64,000 nt of DNA from Bdellovibrio sp. (GCA_036677065.1 JAKFBS010000001.1:64001-128000); one strand, 5' to 3'. Positions 51,880-62,067 are shown, numbered from the stretch's first letter. The notes: a model not told the origin generated them from the letters alone. Made by a program: numbers and translations.

Positions 51880-52689
51880 TTACAGCTCTTGACTTGGTTG
51901 TTTGTTTTGTTCTAAAACTTCGGTTTTGCGTTTGGCGATGATCTCTTTGCCTAATTCTAGGTACATAAGTGCGCCAATACTTCTTGGGTCGTAACCAAAA
52001 ATAGAGACTCCATGGCTAGGCGCCTCGGATAGGCGAACATTTCTTGGAATGATTACGCCAAACACTTTATCTTTAAAATGAGTTTTAATTTCTTCAACCA
52101 CCTGGTGGCTTAAGTTATTGCGCTTATCAAACATCGTTAAAAGGATGCCTTCAATGTGCAGGTTCGGGTTGATGCCCTTTTTAACTAATCCCGCAGTATT
52201 TAATAGTTGAGATAAGCCTTCTAGGGCGTAGTACTCGCACTGAAGCGGAACTAAAAAGCTATTGGCCGCCGCCAATGAGTTTAAAGTGAGTAGTCCAAGA
52301 GATGGTGGGCAATCAATAATAACGTAGTCATACTGGTGAGAAACCGTCTGGATAGCCTGTTTTAGGCGAAATTCACGCTGTGGCATATCCACAAGTTCGA
52401 TTTCGGCGCCCACAAGATCGGGATTCGCAGTGGCAATATGTAAATTGTCGTGATTGGCTCTAAAAACGACCTCAGACAGCGTGCTTTCGCCGATTAAAAC
52501 GTGATAGATATTCTTTTCTTCAGTTTCGTGCTTCTTAATGCCTAATCCGCTTGAAGCATTTCCCTGGGGATCCATATCCACAACCAATACTTTTTTGCCT
52601 AATTGAGCTAATGCTGACGATAAATTCACTGTAGTAGTGGTTTTTCCCACTCCGCCCTTTTGATTGGCTACGCAAATGACTTTAACCAT
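51880..52689 (-). CDS. parA: Chromosome partitioning ATPase ParA/Soj
   Basis: NQKGGVGKTT, DPQGNAS, DCPPSLG, RNVRLSEAPS; GGAGG RBS supports ATG 52689. Confidence 0.96.
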   Translation of the reverse strand: MVKVICVANQKGGVGKTTTTVNLSSALAQLGKKVLVVDMDPQGNASSGLGIKKHETEEKNIYHVLIGESTLSEVVFRANHDNLHIATANPDLVGAEIELVDMPQREFRLKQAIQTVSHQYDYVIIDCPPSLGLLTLNSLAAANSFLVPLQCEYYALEGLSQLLNTAGLVKKGINPNLHIEGILLTMFDKRNNLSHQVVEEIKTHFKDKVFGVIIPRNVRLSEAPSHGVSIFGYDPRSIGALMYLELGKEIIAKRKTEVLEQNKQPSQEL

Positions 52690-52709
52690 GATGTTTTCCT
52701 CCAAAGAAA

Positions 52710-52725
52710 TGTTCTACGTGGAACA
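52710..52725. promoter_or_regulatory. parS site 1
   Basis: TGTTCTACGTGGAACA, one mismatch from the palindromic TGTTCCACGTGGAACA. Confidence 0.85.
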
Positions 52726-52796
52726 ATGTGAATATCCTGTCCCCCACACCTATTCTTTACAAGAAAATACTTTAGTGCCGCACTATTTAATCCGAT

Positions 52797-52812
52797 TGTT
52801 CTACGTGGAACA
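52797..52812. promoter_or_regulatory. parS site 2
   Basis: TGTTCTACGTGGAACA, identical to site 1. Confidence 0.85.
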
Positions 52813-52813
52813 T

Positions 52814-53341
52814 ATGCAAAAACCAATAAAACTCCTTATTTTTACGCTTCTGCTGGTCAGTTTGGTAAGTTGTAATAAGCGCGATCCAAATCCAGAAAAT
52901 AAAGATGCTGTTTTTGCCCAATTAAATAAAGATCTAGCCGAAGCAAAGGTCGCACTCGCTTATGTCGCTGATTATATTAATACAAACAAACTAGATCTGG
53001 AGACTGCCATTCCACAGTCGGGTGAACAGCCGGTTTATGTGAAAAGAATTAATGAGGGACTAAATGCACAGACATATGCCGCACAACAGGTGCGCGCATA
53101 TGAAGTTCGCATCGAAGAGCGAAAATTATATGTTCAGCGTCGTTATTTAGAGAGTCTTACGCCGAATGGCAGAAAATGGCCCGAAGAGGGCGAGGCAGAG
53201 GCCGAACTATTGAAACTTCAGATGCTTCGGGAAAAAGTCGCGCGTGTGAAGAACACTTTACCAAAAGTCGAAGATAAAAATGTTCCACGTGGAACAACCG
53301 ATGGCAAAACTCCGGCAGCGGCGCCCGCAAGTTCTCATTAA
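52814..53341 (+). CDS. Hypothetical coiled-coil lipoprotein
   Basis: MQKPIKLLIFTLLLVSLVSC lipoprotein signal. The longer ORF from 52664 overlaps parA antisense and is unlikely. Confidence 0.75.
   Translation: MQKPIKLLIFTLLLVSLVSCNKRDPNPENKDAVFAQLNKDLAEAKVALAYVADYINTNKLDLETAIPQSGEQPVYVKRINEGLNAQTYAAQQVRAYEVRIEERKLYVQRRYLESLTPNGRKWPEEGEAEAELLKLQMLREKVARVKNTLPKVEDKNVPRGTTDGKTPAAAPASSH
53281..53296. promoter_or_regulatory. parS site 3 (inside the lipoprotein CDS)
   Basis: Perfect palindrome TGTTCCACGTGGAACA. Confidence 0.9.
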
Positions 53342-53356
53342 CAAAGTAATTTAAAA

Positions 53357-54007
53357 TTAAGCGATCTTTGTAGCCGCAACAACATAAAAGCTAGAATCTG
53401 TTGTCGGAAGTTTATATTCATGAAAAAGTTTAGGCGACCAGATAGAACAAAGCTGTGTTGGCACCTCAGAAATTTCTATTGGCCAATCCGAAGCTTTCAT
53501 AAAATACATTACACCATTAACTTTAAAAGATTTTCGTAAAGCCAAAAATGCTTTTGATAAAGTAGTGTACCCACGGCAAATTGCTTGCTCGATCGAATCC
53601 TCTTCAAGAGTTTCTGCAGCCAACGGAATAACAAAAATATTTTTTGCTCCCGTGAGCGCGATAACCTTTTTTAAGAAGTCACATCGACGTTGGTCTGAGT
53701 CCACAAGGTGCACGCGAACGTCAGGATAGGCCAATCCGATGACCATTCCTGGAAAACCATTGCCTGATGCTATGTCATATAAGGGTTCGTTTTTATTGAT
53801 GTTTTTGTAAACTGGCTCGAACGCTAGGAGTGCATCTGAGAAGTGAACTAGGTCTGCATGGGGAAGCGATTTTTCTGAAACTAAATTCAAACTTTTATTC
53901 GCTTTAATAAGTTCTTGGTTAAATAGACTAAGCTTATCAATCGCATTTTGCGGAAGTTTTGGAAACCATTTTGCTAAGCGCCAGTTTACTTGCAATTCAG
54001 AACTCAT
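53357..54007 (-). CDS. rsmG: 16S rRNA m7G527 methyltransferase
   Basis: NKSLNLVS, HFSDAL, DIASGNGFPG; downstream of mnmG. Confidence 0.92.
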   Translation of the reverse strand: MSSELQVNWRLAKWFPKLPQNAIDKLSLFNQELIKANKSLNLVSEKSLPHADLVHFSDALLAFEPVYKNINKNEPLYDIASGNGFPGMVIGLAYPDVRVHLVDSDQRRCDFLKKVIALTGAKNIFVIPLAAETLEEDSIEQAICRGYTTLSKAFLALRKSFKVNGVMYFMKASDWPIEISEVPTQLCSIWSPKLFHEYKLPTTDSSFYVVAATKIA

Positions 54008-54027
54008 AATATATAGACCCTCTCAAA

Positions 54028-55896
54028 CTATAAAAATTTATTCCCTTTAAGATAAATCATTATAGCCTGAATTGCTGACGGATTTACACCTGAAATTCTT
54101 TGTGCCTGACCTAAAGTGCGTGGCTTAACTTTATTTAATTTATCTACTTCTTCATTCGATAAACCTTTAATTTTCGAGAAAACTAATTCTTGTGGAATTT
54201 CGAGAGTCTCTAATTTTTTAGATTGCTCGATGATTTCGTACTGTTTTTTCACGTAGCCAGAATACTTAACTTCGATCTCTACCGCCTCGGTGACCACTTC
54301 ATTTTTATTAACTGGAAAATCTAACTTCTCGAGGTGTGAGAAATTGATCTCTGTGCGGCGAAGAAACTCTTCCATGGTGACGGGCTTTAATAACGGCTTA
54401 CTACCCATTTCAATAATAGTGTCGTTGATAGCTTTTTTTGGATAAAGAATCGTTGATTGAAGCTGGCCTAGTAAAACACTACGGTCGTCTTTGATAGACA
54501 TCAGCTGATTCAGTTCTTTTTCTGAGACTAAACCGATCTTTTTCGAGATATCAGCTAAACGATCAATCGTATTATCTTCACGCAGTACTAACCGATGCTC
54601 AGCGCGCGAAGTAAACATGCGGTACGGTTCGCGAGTACCTTTCGTTACAAGGTCATCAATCAATACACCGGCATAAGCTTCAGATCTTGATAAGATAAAC
54701 TCTTCTTTTTCTAATAAACTGTGTGATGCGTTCACGCCAGCAATAAAACCTTGTGCCGCAGCTTCTTCATACCCGCTTGTCCCGTTGATTTGACCCGCTA
54801 AAAATAAATTTTTAATAGGACGAGTTTCTAGGCGGTGGTGAATTTGCGTGGGCTCGATAAAATCATATTCAACAGCATACCCGTAACGAACAACTTTTAC
54901 GTTTTCTAAGCCAGGAATTGTCTTTAGAAACTGATCTTGTACATCTGCAGGTAACGATGTCGAAATCCCCTGAAGATAAATTAAGTCGCTGGTTAAGCTT
55001 TCTGGCTCTAAGAAAGTTTGATGTGTTCCTTTTTCATGAAAGCGCGTCACTTTGTCTTCGATACTTGGACAGTAACGTGGGCCTACGCCTTCGATAATTC
55101 CACAATACATTGGAGATTTATCTAAGTTGTTGCGAATGATTTCATGGGTTTGCTCTGTGGTGTGTGAAAGATAACAAAGCACTTGGGGTAAGTAAAATTC
55201 GCGTTTTGATTTAAAACTGAAAGGATAAAACTTCGGATCGCCTTCTTGCGGGATTGTTTTACTCCAGTCGATACTGTCTTTATGAAGGCGCGCAGGAGTT
55301 CCTGTTTTTAAACGCTGAACTGTAAAGCCAAATTCACGCATTTGATCAGAAAGCCCGACAGAGGCCGCATCACCGACACGTCCACCTGGAGTTTGTTCTA
55401 AGCCAATATGCATAACCCCGTTTAAAAAAGTTCCTGCGGTAATGATCACGCGCTCAGAAAAAATTTGCGAGCCGTCTTGTAAAACTACGCCGCGGCATTC
55501 ATTACCATCTAAGATAAGATGTTTTACCTCGCCTTGAACAACTTCTAAATTTTGTTGGCTGTACAGGGCTGTCGTTTGAATTTGAGAATAGATTTTTTTA
55601 TCATTTTGCGTGCGCGTACCGCGAACTGCAGGGCCCTTAGAGGCATTCAATCTTTTAAACTGAATACAAGATTCATCGGCTGCGACACCCATTTGTCCAC
55701 CAAGCACATCGATCTCGCGAACCATATGGCCTTTGGCTAATCCGCCGATAGAGGGATTACAAGACATGTAGCCAATGCGATCGATATTACTGGTCACCAT
55801 CAGGGTTTTTAATCCTAATTTAGCTGGCACTAGACAGGCTTCAATTCCTGCGTGACCGGCTCCAACAACAATGACTTGATACGAATTAGATTTCAT
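54028..55896 (-). CDS. mnmG: tRNA uridine-34 modification enzyme MnmG/GidA
   Basis: GAGHAG, SCNPSIGG, GPRYCPSIEDK, GQINGTSGYEEAAAQG. Confidence 0.97.
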   Translation of the reverse strand: MKSNSYQVIVVGAGHAGIEACLVPAKLGLKTLMVTSNIDRIGYMSCNPSIGGLAKGHMVREIDVLGGQMGVAADESCIQFKRLNASKGPAVRGTRTQNDKKIYSQIQTTALYSQQNLEVVQGEVKHLILDGNECRGVVLQDGSQIFSERVIITAGTFLNGVMHIGLEQTPGGRVGDAASVGLSDQMREFGFTVQRLKTGTPARLHKDSIDWSKTIPQEGDPKFYPFSFKSKREFYLPQVLCYLSHTTEQTHEIIRNNLDKSPMYCGIIEGVGPRYCPSIEDKVTRFHEKGTHQTFLEPESLTSDLIYLQGISTSLPADVQDQFLKTIPGLENVKVVRYGYAVEYDFIEPTQIHHRLETRPIKNLFLAGQINGTSGYEEAAAQGFIAGVNASHSLLEKEEFILSRSEAYAGVLIDDLVTKGTREPYRMFTSRAEHRLVLREDNTIDRLADISKKIGLVSEKELNQLMSIKDDRSVLLGQLQSTILYPKKAINDTIIEMGSKPLLKPVTMEEFLRRTEINFSHLEKLDFPVNKNEVVTEAVEIEVKYSGYVKKQYEIIEQSKKLETLEIPQELVFSKIKGLSNEEVDKLNKVKPRTLGQAQRISGVNPSAIQAIMIYLKGNKFL

Positions 55897-55919
55897 TTGC
55901 CCTTTGTATGTTAGGGCGA

Positions 55920-57317
55920 TTATTTCCCTAAGCAGAATTCTTTAAAGACGCGATCCATGATTTGATCGTCGAAATATCTTCCAAGAATTTTTTGTAACGC
56001 TAATAATGAATTTTTCAAAGTTTGTGCGACAAATTCGCTTCCGAGTTCATTTTCTAATTCAGTGATAGATTGGTCAATTAAGTCCATCGCTGCATTTGAA
56101 AGTTCGAACTGTCGGGCTGATGAAATAACCGATTCATCGCTAAACTTTTCAGACCCCATAATAGTGCTTACACGATGTAATATCGTATCACGTGCCCGCA
56201 CATCAAGGGCTGAAACCGGAAGCACGTCGATAACCCTGGGGCCACCCTCTAAATCCTGTAATTTTTGCTTAATTTTTTCGGGCGCCTCAGAACCGGCTTT
56301 ATCAGCTTTATTCGCAAGGACCAGGGCGTTTCCCTTAACCATGCGAAAACGCTCAAGATCGCCCTGCTGGAGGCCTAAAGAGCTATCAAACACAAATAGC
56401 GTAAGATCTCCGCTTTCGATCTCTTTTAAAGATCTTTGCACCCCGATATTTTCTACAACATCGGTAGTATCGCGTAAACCTGCGGTATCTGAGATATTAA
56501 ATTTAATCCCATTGAAAAAAGTATGGCCAACAACCACATCGCGAGTTGTTCCTGCGATATCGGTTACAATCGCCTTTTCGTCTAAAACTAAATTATTTAA
56601 CAAACTTGATTTACCCACGTTTGGCAAACCTGCCAAAACTAACTTAATACCATCTTTTAAAATTTTACCCTGGCTGTATGACCCAGTTAAAATTTCTAGT
56701 TCGGCTTTTAATTCTTTTAATTTTTGAATCAGCACTAATGGATCAACGACATCAATGCCTTCAGTAGAAAAATCAATTGAAGCTTCAATGTGAGCCAAGC
56801 ACCAAGTCAGTTTATCTTCTAGGTGCTGAAATTTTTCTGAAACTTTACCTTCAAGCTGACGCAGCGACATTTTAAGCGCGCTATCTGACTGGCTTTCAAT
56901 GACTGACAACACAGCTTCAGCTTGTACTAGATCTAGTCGGTCATTCATGAACGCACGATAAGTGTATTCACCTTTTTCTGCAGTGACCGCGCCGTATTCA
57001 ACTAAAGCTTCTAATATTTTTTTAGTAACATGTGGAGAACCGTGTGAAGAAATCTCGATGGTCTCTTCACCTGTATAGGATTTGCCCTGAGCAAAAGCTG
57101 TTACAACAACCTGATCAATGATTTCATTTTTATTATTGGCAAATTTTGCGAGATAAACTTTATGCGATTCGATTTTTTTACGGCCCAGGCTTTTACAGGC
57201 TTTTTGAATGATTTTATAAGAATCTGGGCCACTGAGTCTGATGACCGAGATGGCCGCAGTTCCGGCTGCTGATGCTAACGCACAAATCGTTTTTGCTTCG
57301 CGATTAGCATCGAACAT
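55920..57317 (-). CDS. mnmE: tRNA modification GTPase MnmE/TrmE
   Basis: GLPNVGKSS, GTTRD, DTAG, NKAD, C-terminal FCLGK; start moved to MFDANR. Confidence 0.96.
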   Translation of the reverse strand: MFDANREAKTICALASAAGTAAISVIRLSGPDSYKIIQKACKSLGRKKIESHKVYLAKFANNKNEIIDQVVVTAFAQGKSYTGEETIEISSHGSPHVTKKILEALVEYGAVTAEKGEYTYRAFMNDRLDLVQAEAVLSVIESQSDSALKMSLRQLEGKVSEKFQHLEDKLTWCLAHIEASIDFSTEGIDVVDPLVLIQKLKELKAELEILTGSYSQGKILKDGIKLVLAGLPNVGKSSLLNNLVLDEKAIVTDIAGTTRDVVVGHTFFNGIKFNISDTAGLRDTTDVVENIGVQRSLKEIESGDLTLFVFDSSLGLQQGDLERFRMVKGNALVLANKADKAGSEAPEKIKQKLQDLEGGPRVIDVLPVSALDVRARDTILHRVSTIMGSEKFSDESVISSARQFELSNAAMDLIDQSITELENELGSEFVAQTLKNSLLALQKILGRYFDDQIMDRVFKEFCLGK

Positions 57318-57324
57318 TTTTTGA

Positions 57325-57876
57325 TTACCCTTCGTCAGACATTGAAGCATCTGGCGCTTCAGTGCCATTAGCTTTAACTGGAAAAATTTTAATTTTTTTG
57401 TATAAGCCATCGCCTAGAGAGCGACTTTTTACACGCGCATCTAAGGCTAAGTATTGGTGAACGACTTTACGCTCTTTCGGAGGTAAAGCGCGGTAATAAA
57501 CTGATTTACCTTGTTCAATAGCGATAGTTTTTAAGTGCTCTGCACGCTCGATAAGAGCCGCTTCTGATTCTTGACGGTATCCGCCGCAATCAACTAATAC
57601 ATTTGTTTGCACATCTGGAAAGTTGTGTTGAGTAACGCGTTTAATGATTAATTGAAATGCGTCTAATAGCTGACCCTTGTGATCTTTTAATAGTTCTTCG
57701 TCTGCACCAGAAAAATCAATTTTAATTTCAGTGATTTCTTCTTTTTTGGTGATTGCTAGATTGTACTCTAAATCAAAACCACCTTTTTCTAAAATTCCCG
57801 ACAATGTTGCTTCAACAACTGCGTCGATATCTGATTTTTTTCCACCACCAAATAATTTTGCGAAAAATCCTGCCAT
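57325..57876 (-). CDS. jag: Jag/EloR (KH-R3H) RNA-binding protein
   Basis: GQLLDAFQ KH-like segment, ERKVVH R3H motif; between yidC and mnmE. Confidence 0.88.
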   Translation of the reverse strand: MAGFFAKLFGGGKKSDIDAVVEATLSGILEKGGFDLEYNLAITKKEEITEIKIDFSGADEELLKDHKGQLLDAFQLIIKRVTQHNFPDVQTNVLVDCGGYRQESEAALIERAEHLKTIAIEQGKSVYYRALPPKERKVVHQYLALDARVKSRSLGDGLYKKIKIFPVKANGTEAPDASMSDEG

Positions 57877-57900
57877 ATGTGTCCCCTATCCTTAATAACT

Positions 57901-59487
57901 TTACGCCACAACCGGGCTGTTAGTTTTTGTTTCTTTTAATAAAAAATACTGTTGAATCACACCGAAAAGCGCACTCACAAAATTGTACAGAGTTAAGCCG
58001 CTCGGAAGAGTTAACATAAATAACGTAAATAAAATCGGCATGAAATTTAAAATTTTAGCCTGTGTTGGATCCATTGTTGTCGGAGTCATTTTTTGTTGTA
58101 AGAACATTGTAATACCCATCAACACTGGAAATACAAAGAATGGATCATGATAACTTAAATCTGTGATCCAACCAAAGAATGGTTGTTGATAAATCTCAAT
58201 GCTCGAGCCAATTGCACGCCATAAAGCGAAGAAAATCGGGATCTGAATTAACATTGGTAAACAACCAGATAAAGGATTGGCGTTATTTTCTTTCATAACA
58301 GCCATAGTCTCTTTATTCATACGCATTGGATCGTCTTTAAATTTCGCACGAATCGCATCAAGTTTTGGTTTCACTTTTTGCATTGATTGCGCAGATCTAA
58401 AAGACATTACGTTAAATGGTAAAAGAATCGAACGTACTACTAAAGTTAAGGCAATAATCGCCAAACCCCAGTTGCCAAGAATACTGTGCATGAATACTAA
58501 TAATTTCATTAACAACGCCGAGATAAAGCCGAACATGCCGTAATTTAAAGTCTCAGTTAATTGTGTATCAATTTTAGCTAATACTTCTGTTTGTTTTGGA
58601 CCAAGATAAATCGCTTGGCTGATTTTGTTGATCTTAGCATCTTTAAGATTATAGCTGATATTTACAGAGGCTAAATTGTTTTCAACTTTATTTGTAATAC
58701 TTGGTACAATGTCGGCGCGATTTACAGAAGCCGCTGTAAAATACTGCGTGCCAATCGACGCCATTGTCGCTGCAGGAGCCGCTTTTAAGAAGCTTTCGTT
58801 TTCTTTTAATCCAGCAATACTTTCGTTGTTCGCAGAACCGGCTTCCATCCAGATAAAATCTTGCTGTTCAAAGCTAGGAGTTAAAAAGTTGGTGCTTTCT
58901 GGTTTGTGATGTTTTTGAAATAATTTAAGAGCTAAAGAATCAAAACCTAAATCAAATTCAGCTTCAGAATTAAAAGATGAAGTCTCTTTATTATATGTTA
59001 ATTTGCGGGTGATTTTTTTACCGTCTACCACTGCAGATCCTATAAACTCGGATTCCCCAGCTTTTTCCACAGTGAAGTTAACAACATTATTATTAGCTAA
59101 TAATTCTGCTTGGCCCTCAACGCTTGCAAAGTTGATTTGTTGGCCTTTTCTATCTGTGTATTTTTTAAGAGTGAAATTTTTAATTCCTAAACCGCGAGAT
59201 GAAACTTCAAATTTAACTGTGTCATCCTCGTAAGGAAAAGTTTTTTCTTCTTCAACAGCTGTCGTCGCGGCAACTGTTGCGGATGTACTAGGTGTAGTGG
59301 TTGCCACTGCGCCCGTTGCTGCCGTCGTCGTTGCACTAGCTGTAGTGGCAACTTGTTCAGTAACTGGTTTTTGTGGGTATTTTTTACTTAAATAAAACTG
59401 CCAGCCCCATAACCCGAAAAATGTGAACGCTATGGCCATCAAAAATTTTGGATTTCCAAATGGTGATTCGCTTTGATTTTTGCTCAT
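57901..59487 (-). CDS. yidC: Membrane protein insertase YidC
   Basis: NWGLAIIALT, NPLSGCLPMLIQIPIF, WITDLS..DP, PSGLTLY; start moved to MSKNQ. Confidence 0.96.
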   Translation of the reverse strand: MSKNQSESPFGNPKFLMAIAFTFFGLWGWQFYLSKKYPQKPVTEQVATTASATTTAATGAVATTTPSTSATVAATTAVEEEKTFPYEDDTVKFEVSSRGLGIKNFTLKKYTDRKGQQINFASVEGQAELLANNNVVNFTVEKAGESEFIGSAVVDGKKITRKLTYNKETSSFNSEAEFDLGFDSLALKLFQKHHKPESTNFLTPSFEQQDFIWMEAGSANNESIAGLKENESFLKAAPAATMASIGTQYFTAASVNRADIVPSITNKVENNLASVNISYNLKDAKINKISQAIYLGPKQTEVLAKIDTQLTETLNYGMFGFISALLMKLLVFMHSILGNWGLAIIALTLVVRSILLPFNVMSFRSAQSMQKVKPKLDAIRAKFKDDPMRMNKETMAVMKENNANPLSGCLPMLIQIPIFFALWRAIGSSIEIYQQPFFGWITDLSYHDPFFVFPVLMGITMFLQQKMTPTTMDPTQAKILNFMPILFTLFMLTLPSGLTLYNFVSALFGVIQQYFLLKETKTNSPVVA

Positions 59488-59500
59488 CTGTATATTTCCC

Positions 59501-59743
59501 CTATGCCTTTGGTACCGGATCAAACCCCTTGTGGGAGCAGAATGGATGGCATTTAAGTAGTCTGACTGTTGTTAAACGAAAGGCTTTTAAGAAAGTGTGC
59601 GTCTGAAAGCTTTCAACTGCATAATGCGAGCAGCTTGGATAAAACCGGCAATTTCCACCTAAAAAGTATGAAAATGAAGCCTGATAAAATTTCACTAAAT
59701 ATATAGATGCACTACTAAGCCATGACGGCCGAGACGAAATCAC
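59501..59743 (-). CDS. yidD: Membrane protein insertion efficiency factor YidD
   Basis: CRFYPSCSHYA...RLLKCHPF...GFDPVP; start uncertain (GTG 59743 chosen). Confidence 0.88.
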   Translation of the reverse strand: MISSRPSWLSSASIYLVKFYQASFSYFLGGNCRFYPSCSHYAVESFQTHTFLKAFRLTTVRLLKCHPFCSHKGFDPVPKA

Positions 59744-60050
59744 TGTACTTGAGATTTTTGTAAAAACCTTCGGGTTGTGTTCTGAACATGAACACAACTT
59801 TTTTAGATTTGAATTTAGAACTCCAGCCTGCAGATCGTACACAGTTACGCACCCATCTCTTTAGCTTATTTCGTACTACGGCGGAGCCTACTTTTTTTGA
59901 AACTGTTATGCCGAAATACGCAAAATCATCCTTTGAATCCAATGTAATTACGGTCAGATAAGAGGAAGCTCTTATCTTACGACCAGTTTTTGTAATTTGA
60001 GTGAATTCAGAGGAAAGCTTTATTGGAAAGACTTTAGAATTACTTTCCAC
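59715..60050 (-). CDS. rnpA: Ribonuclease P protein component
   Basis: [19 protein letters not shown] motif. Confidence 0.93.
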   Translation of the reverse strand: MESNSKVFPIKLSSEFTQITKTGRKIRASSYLTVITLDSKDDFAYFGITVSKKVGSAVVRNKLKRWVRNCVRSAGWSSKFKSKKVVFMFRTQPEGFYKNLKYSDFVSAVMA

Positions 60051-60192
60051 CAGGTTTAACAGTTAATTTTTTACGGCCTTTAGCTCTGCGACGAGCGATA
60101 GTTTTTTTACCTGCAGAAGTTTTCATTCTAGCACGGAAACCGTGTTTTTTAGCGCGACGTTTTTTGCTAGGTTGGTATGTACGTTTGCTCAT
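60040..60192 (-). CDS. rpmH: 50S ribosomal protein L34 (not in the supplied ORF track)
   Basis: Manual translation [59 protein letters not shown]. Confidence 0.96.
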   Translation of the reverse strand: MSKRTYQPSKKRRAKKHGFRARMKTSAGKKTIARRRAKGRKKLTVKPGGK

Positions 60193-60360
60193 ATGTATCC
60201 TCTATATCTTTGTCTTTCGACTTTTACTCTTACGACGATTAACCGTCTGTTGTAAGTTTTAACTTGCAAATATTTTAAGCTCTCCCAAAAAAGAGAATCC
60301 TAGTTAAAGCACATCGCGGCATCATGGTCAACTGTTGAAAACTGGCTCTGGCTTTGGTAG

Positions 60361-60369
60361 TTATCCACA
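60361..60369 (+). promoter_or_regulatory. DnaA box upstream of dnaA (likely autoregulatory)
   Basis: Perfect TTATCCACA. Confidence 0.75.
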
Positions 60370-60393
60370 TTCCGTTAATTGCTAGGGGGGCCA

Positions 60394-61815
60394 GTGCAGT
60401 TAAATTCAGCAAATTTGGATTCATCATTTTGGAATCAAGTAAAGTCGACTATGAAGCAGAAGAGCGGTTCAAACCGTATCTTAGAGTCATATCTTGAGCC
60501 AGTGGAGTTTATTAGCACCGAAAAAAAGGATGATAAGTTCCATTTCACCCTATCTGTGCCTAACCAGTTCATCTATTTTTATGTGAATGAGAACCTTAAA
60601 GAAAAGATCATAGCTGAAATTAAGAATCTTATTCCTGAAGAATTTGAGATTAATCTTATAGTTTCGGCAAAAAATACAATTGATTACAATTCATCCCTTC
60701 AAGATGTGCTGCAAAATTCGGATGAATTATTACAAGTTCAAAACAAATTAAACCAAGCTAAGCAACTACCCGTAGTGGCCAATATGGATTTAATGGGTGA
60801 AGAGTTTACCTTTTCGACATTTGTTGTCGGTAAAAATTCAGAATTTGCCCATGCGGCTACATATAATGTGTCGCAAAGCCCTGGTGAAGGTGATTACAAT
60901 CCCCTCTTTATATATGGACCATCGGGAATGGGTAAAACGCATTTATTAAAAGCGGCTATCCACCAGATTCACCAAAATTATCCACATTACCGCGTACTAT
61001 ATACTAGTGCTGAAAAATTTCTAAATGAGTGTGTTCAATCCATTCGTCGTCAAGAGATGGATAAATTTCGCATGAAATATCGCGAAAATTGCGATGTCTT
61101 AGTTGTCGATGACGTACAATACATTGAGCGTGGTGAACGTGTTCAAGAAGAATTCTTCCATACTGTGAATGCATTCATTGAGCGTCGTAGGCAAGTGATC
61201 TTAGCCAGCGACCGTATGCCAAAAGATATTTTAAATTTAGAAGATAGATCTCGTACACGTTTAGAACGTGGATTAATCGCAGATATCACAATGCCTGATT
61301 TTGAAACACGGATAGCCATATTACGTTACAAAGTTGAAAAGAAAAATTTGCGTATCCCTGAAGATGCTATTCAATATTTAGCAAGAATTTCAAAACGCTC
61401 GATTCGTGAACTTGAAGGCAATTTAAATAAAATTAAAATGTTCTCTGAACTTCAAGGCGTAACTGTTAATTTAGAATTAGCGCGCAAAATTTTATCACAT
61501 CATGAAAACACGGCGACTATTAGTGTTGATGAAATTTTACGAATTACGGCCGAATACTTCAAAATTCGCATTACTGATTTAAAATCAAGCAGTCGAGCGA
61601 AGCCAGTTGTAGTGCCCAGACAAATCGCAATGTGGTTGATCAAAAAGTTTTTAGATAAGTCTTTAGTTGAAATTGGTAAAACTTTTGGCGGTCGTGACCA
61701 CACAACGGTCATTAATTCACTTGAAAAGGTCGAATCTACACAGGCCAAAGATCTGCAATACAAAAGTGATATCGACGAGTTAGTGAACCAAATCCACAAT
61801 ATCACCGGTTTATAA
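60394..61815 (+). CDS. dnaA: Chromosomal replication initiator DnaA
   Basis: YNPLFIYGPSGMGKTHL, QEEFFHTVN, RELEG, FGGRDHTTV; AGGGGGG RBS favours GTG 60394. Confidence 0.97.
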   Translation: MQLNSANLDSSFWNQVKSTMKQKSGSNRILESYLEPVEFISTEKKDDKFHFTLSVPNQFIYFYVNENLKEKIIAEIKNLIPEEFEINLIVSAKNTIDYNSSLQDVLQNSDELLQVQNKLNQAKQLPVVANMDLMGEEFTFSTFVVGKNSEFAHAATYNVSQSPGEGDYNPLFIYGPSGMGKTHLLKAAIHQIHQNYPHYRVLYTSAEKFLNECVQSIRRQEMDKFRMKYRENCDVLVVDDVQYIERGERVQEEFFHTVNAFIERRRQVILASDRMPKDILNLEDRSRTRLERGLIADITMPDFETRIAILRYKVEKKNLRIPEDAIQYLARISKRSIRELEGNLNKIKMFSELQGVTVNLELARKILSHHENTATISVDEILRITAEYFKIRITDLKSSSRAKPVVVPRQIAMWLIKKFLDKSLVEIGKTFGGRDHTTVINSLEKVESTQAKDLQYKSDIDELVNQIHNITGL

Positions 61816-62067
61816 CATGTGGATTGTGGATAATTATGTGGATTAGCTTTGTATAGTTTAGTGGACAAAGTTACCCCCAAATTCAGGCGAATAAAAAGGT
61901 AAGCTAGGCGTTGAGTTTTCCACAGGAAAAGGTTAGAAGTTTCAATAATTTAATAGAGTTTTACGGATAACTACAGCCCCTACTACTACGACTATATATT
62001 TATATATATAATAATAGGGAAAATGGGATCCAAAAAATACAGGTTATAAAAACCAAAAAGGCTTTAC
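61816..62067. other. Replication origin oriC
   Basis: dnaA-dnaN intergenic region with DnaA boxes (TGTGGATAA 61825-61833 perfect; variants at 61818, 61837, 61860, 61871, 61916, 61962), then GCCCC, TAC-repeat DnaA-trios and an AT-rich tract. Confidence 0.9.

Noticed and set aside
52664..52813. N-terminal extension of the lipoprotein ORF with repeated FYVE peptide
   Set aside because: The peptide repeat is simply two parS sites read in frame; the extension overlaps parA antisense and would bury the lipoprotein signal.
56062..56727. 221-aa plus-strand ORF
   Set aside because: Entirely antisense to mnmE with no motifs; shadow ORF. The same applies to the many 60-130 aa ORFs nested in core genes.
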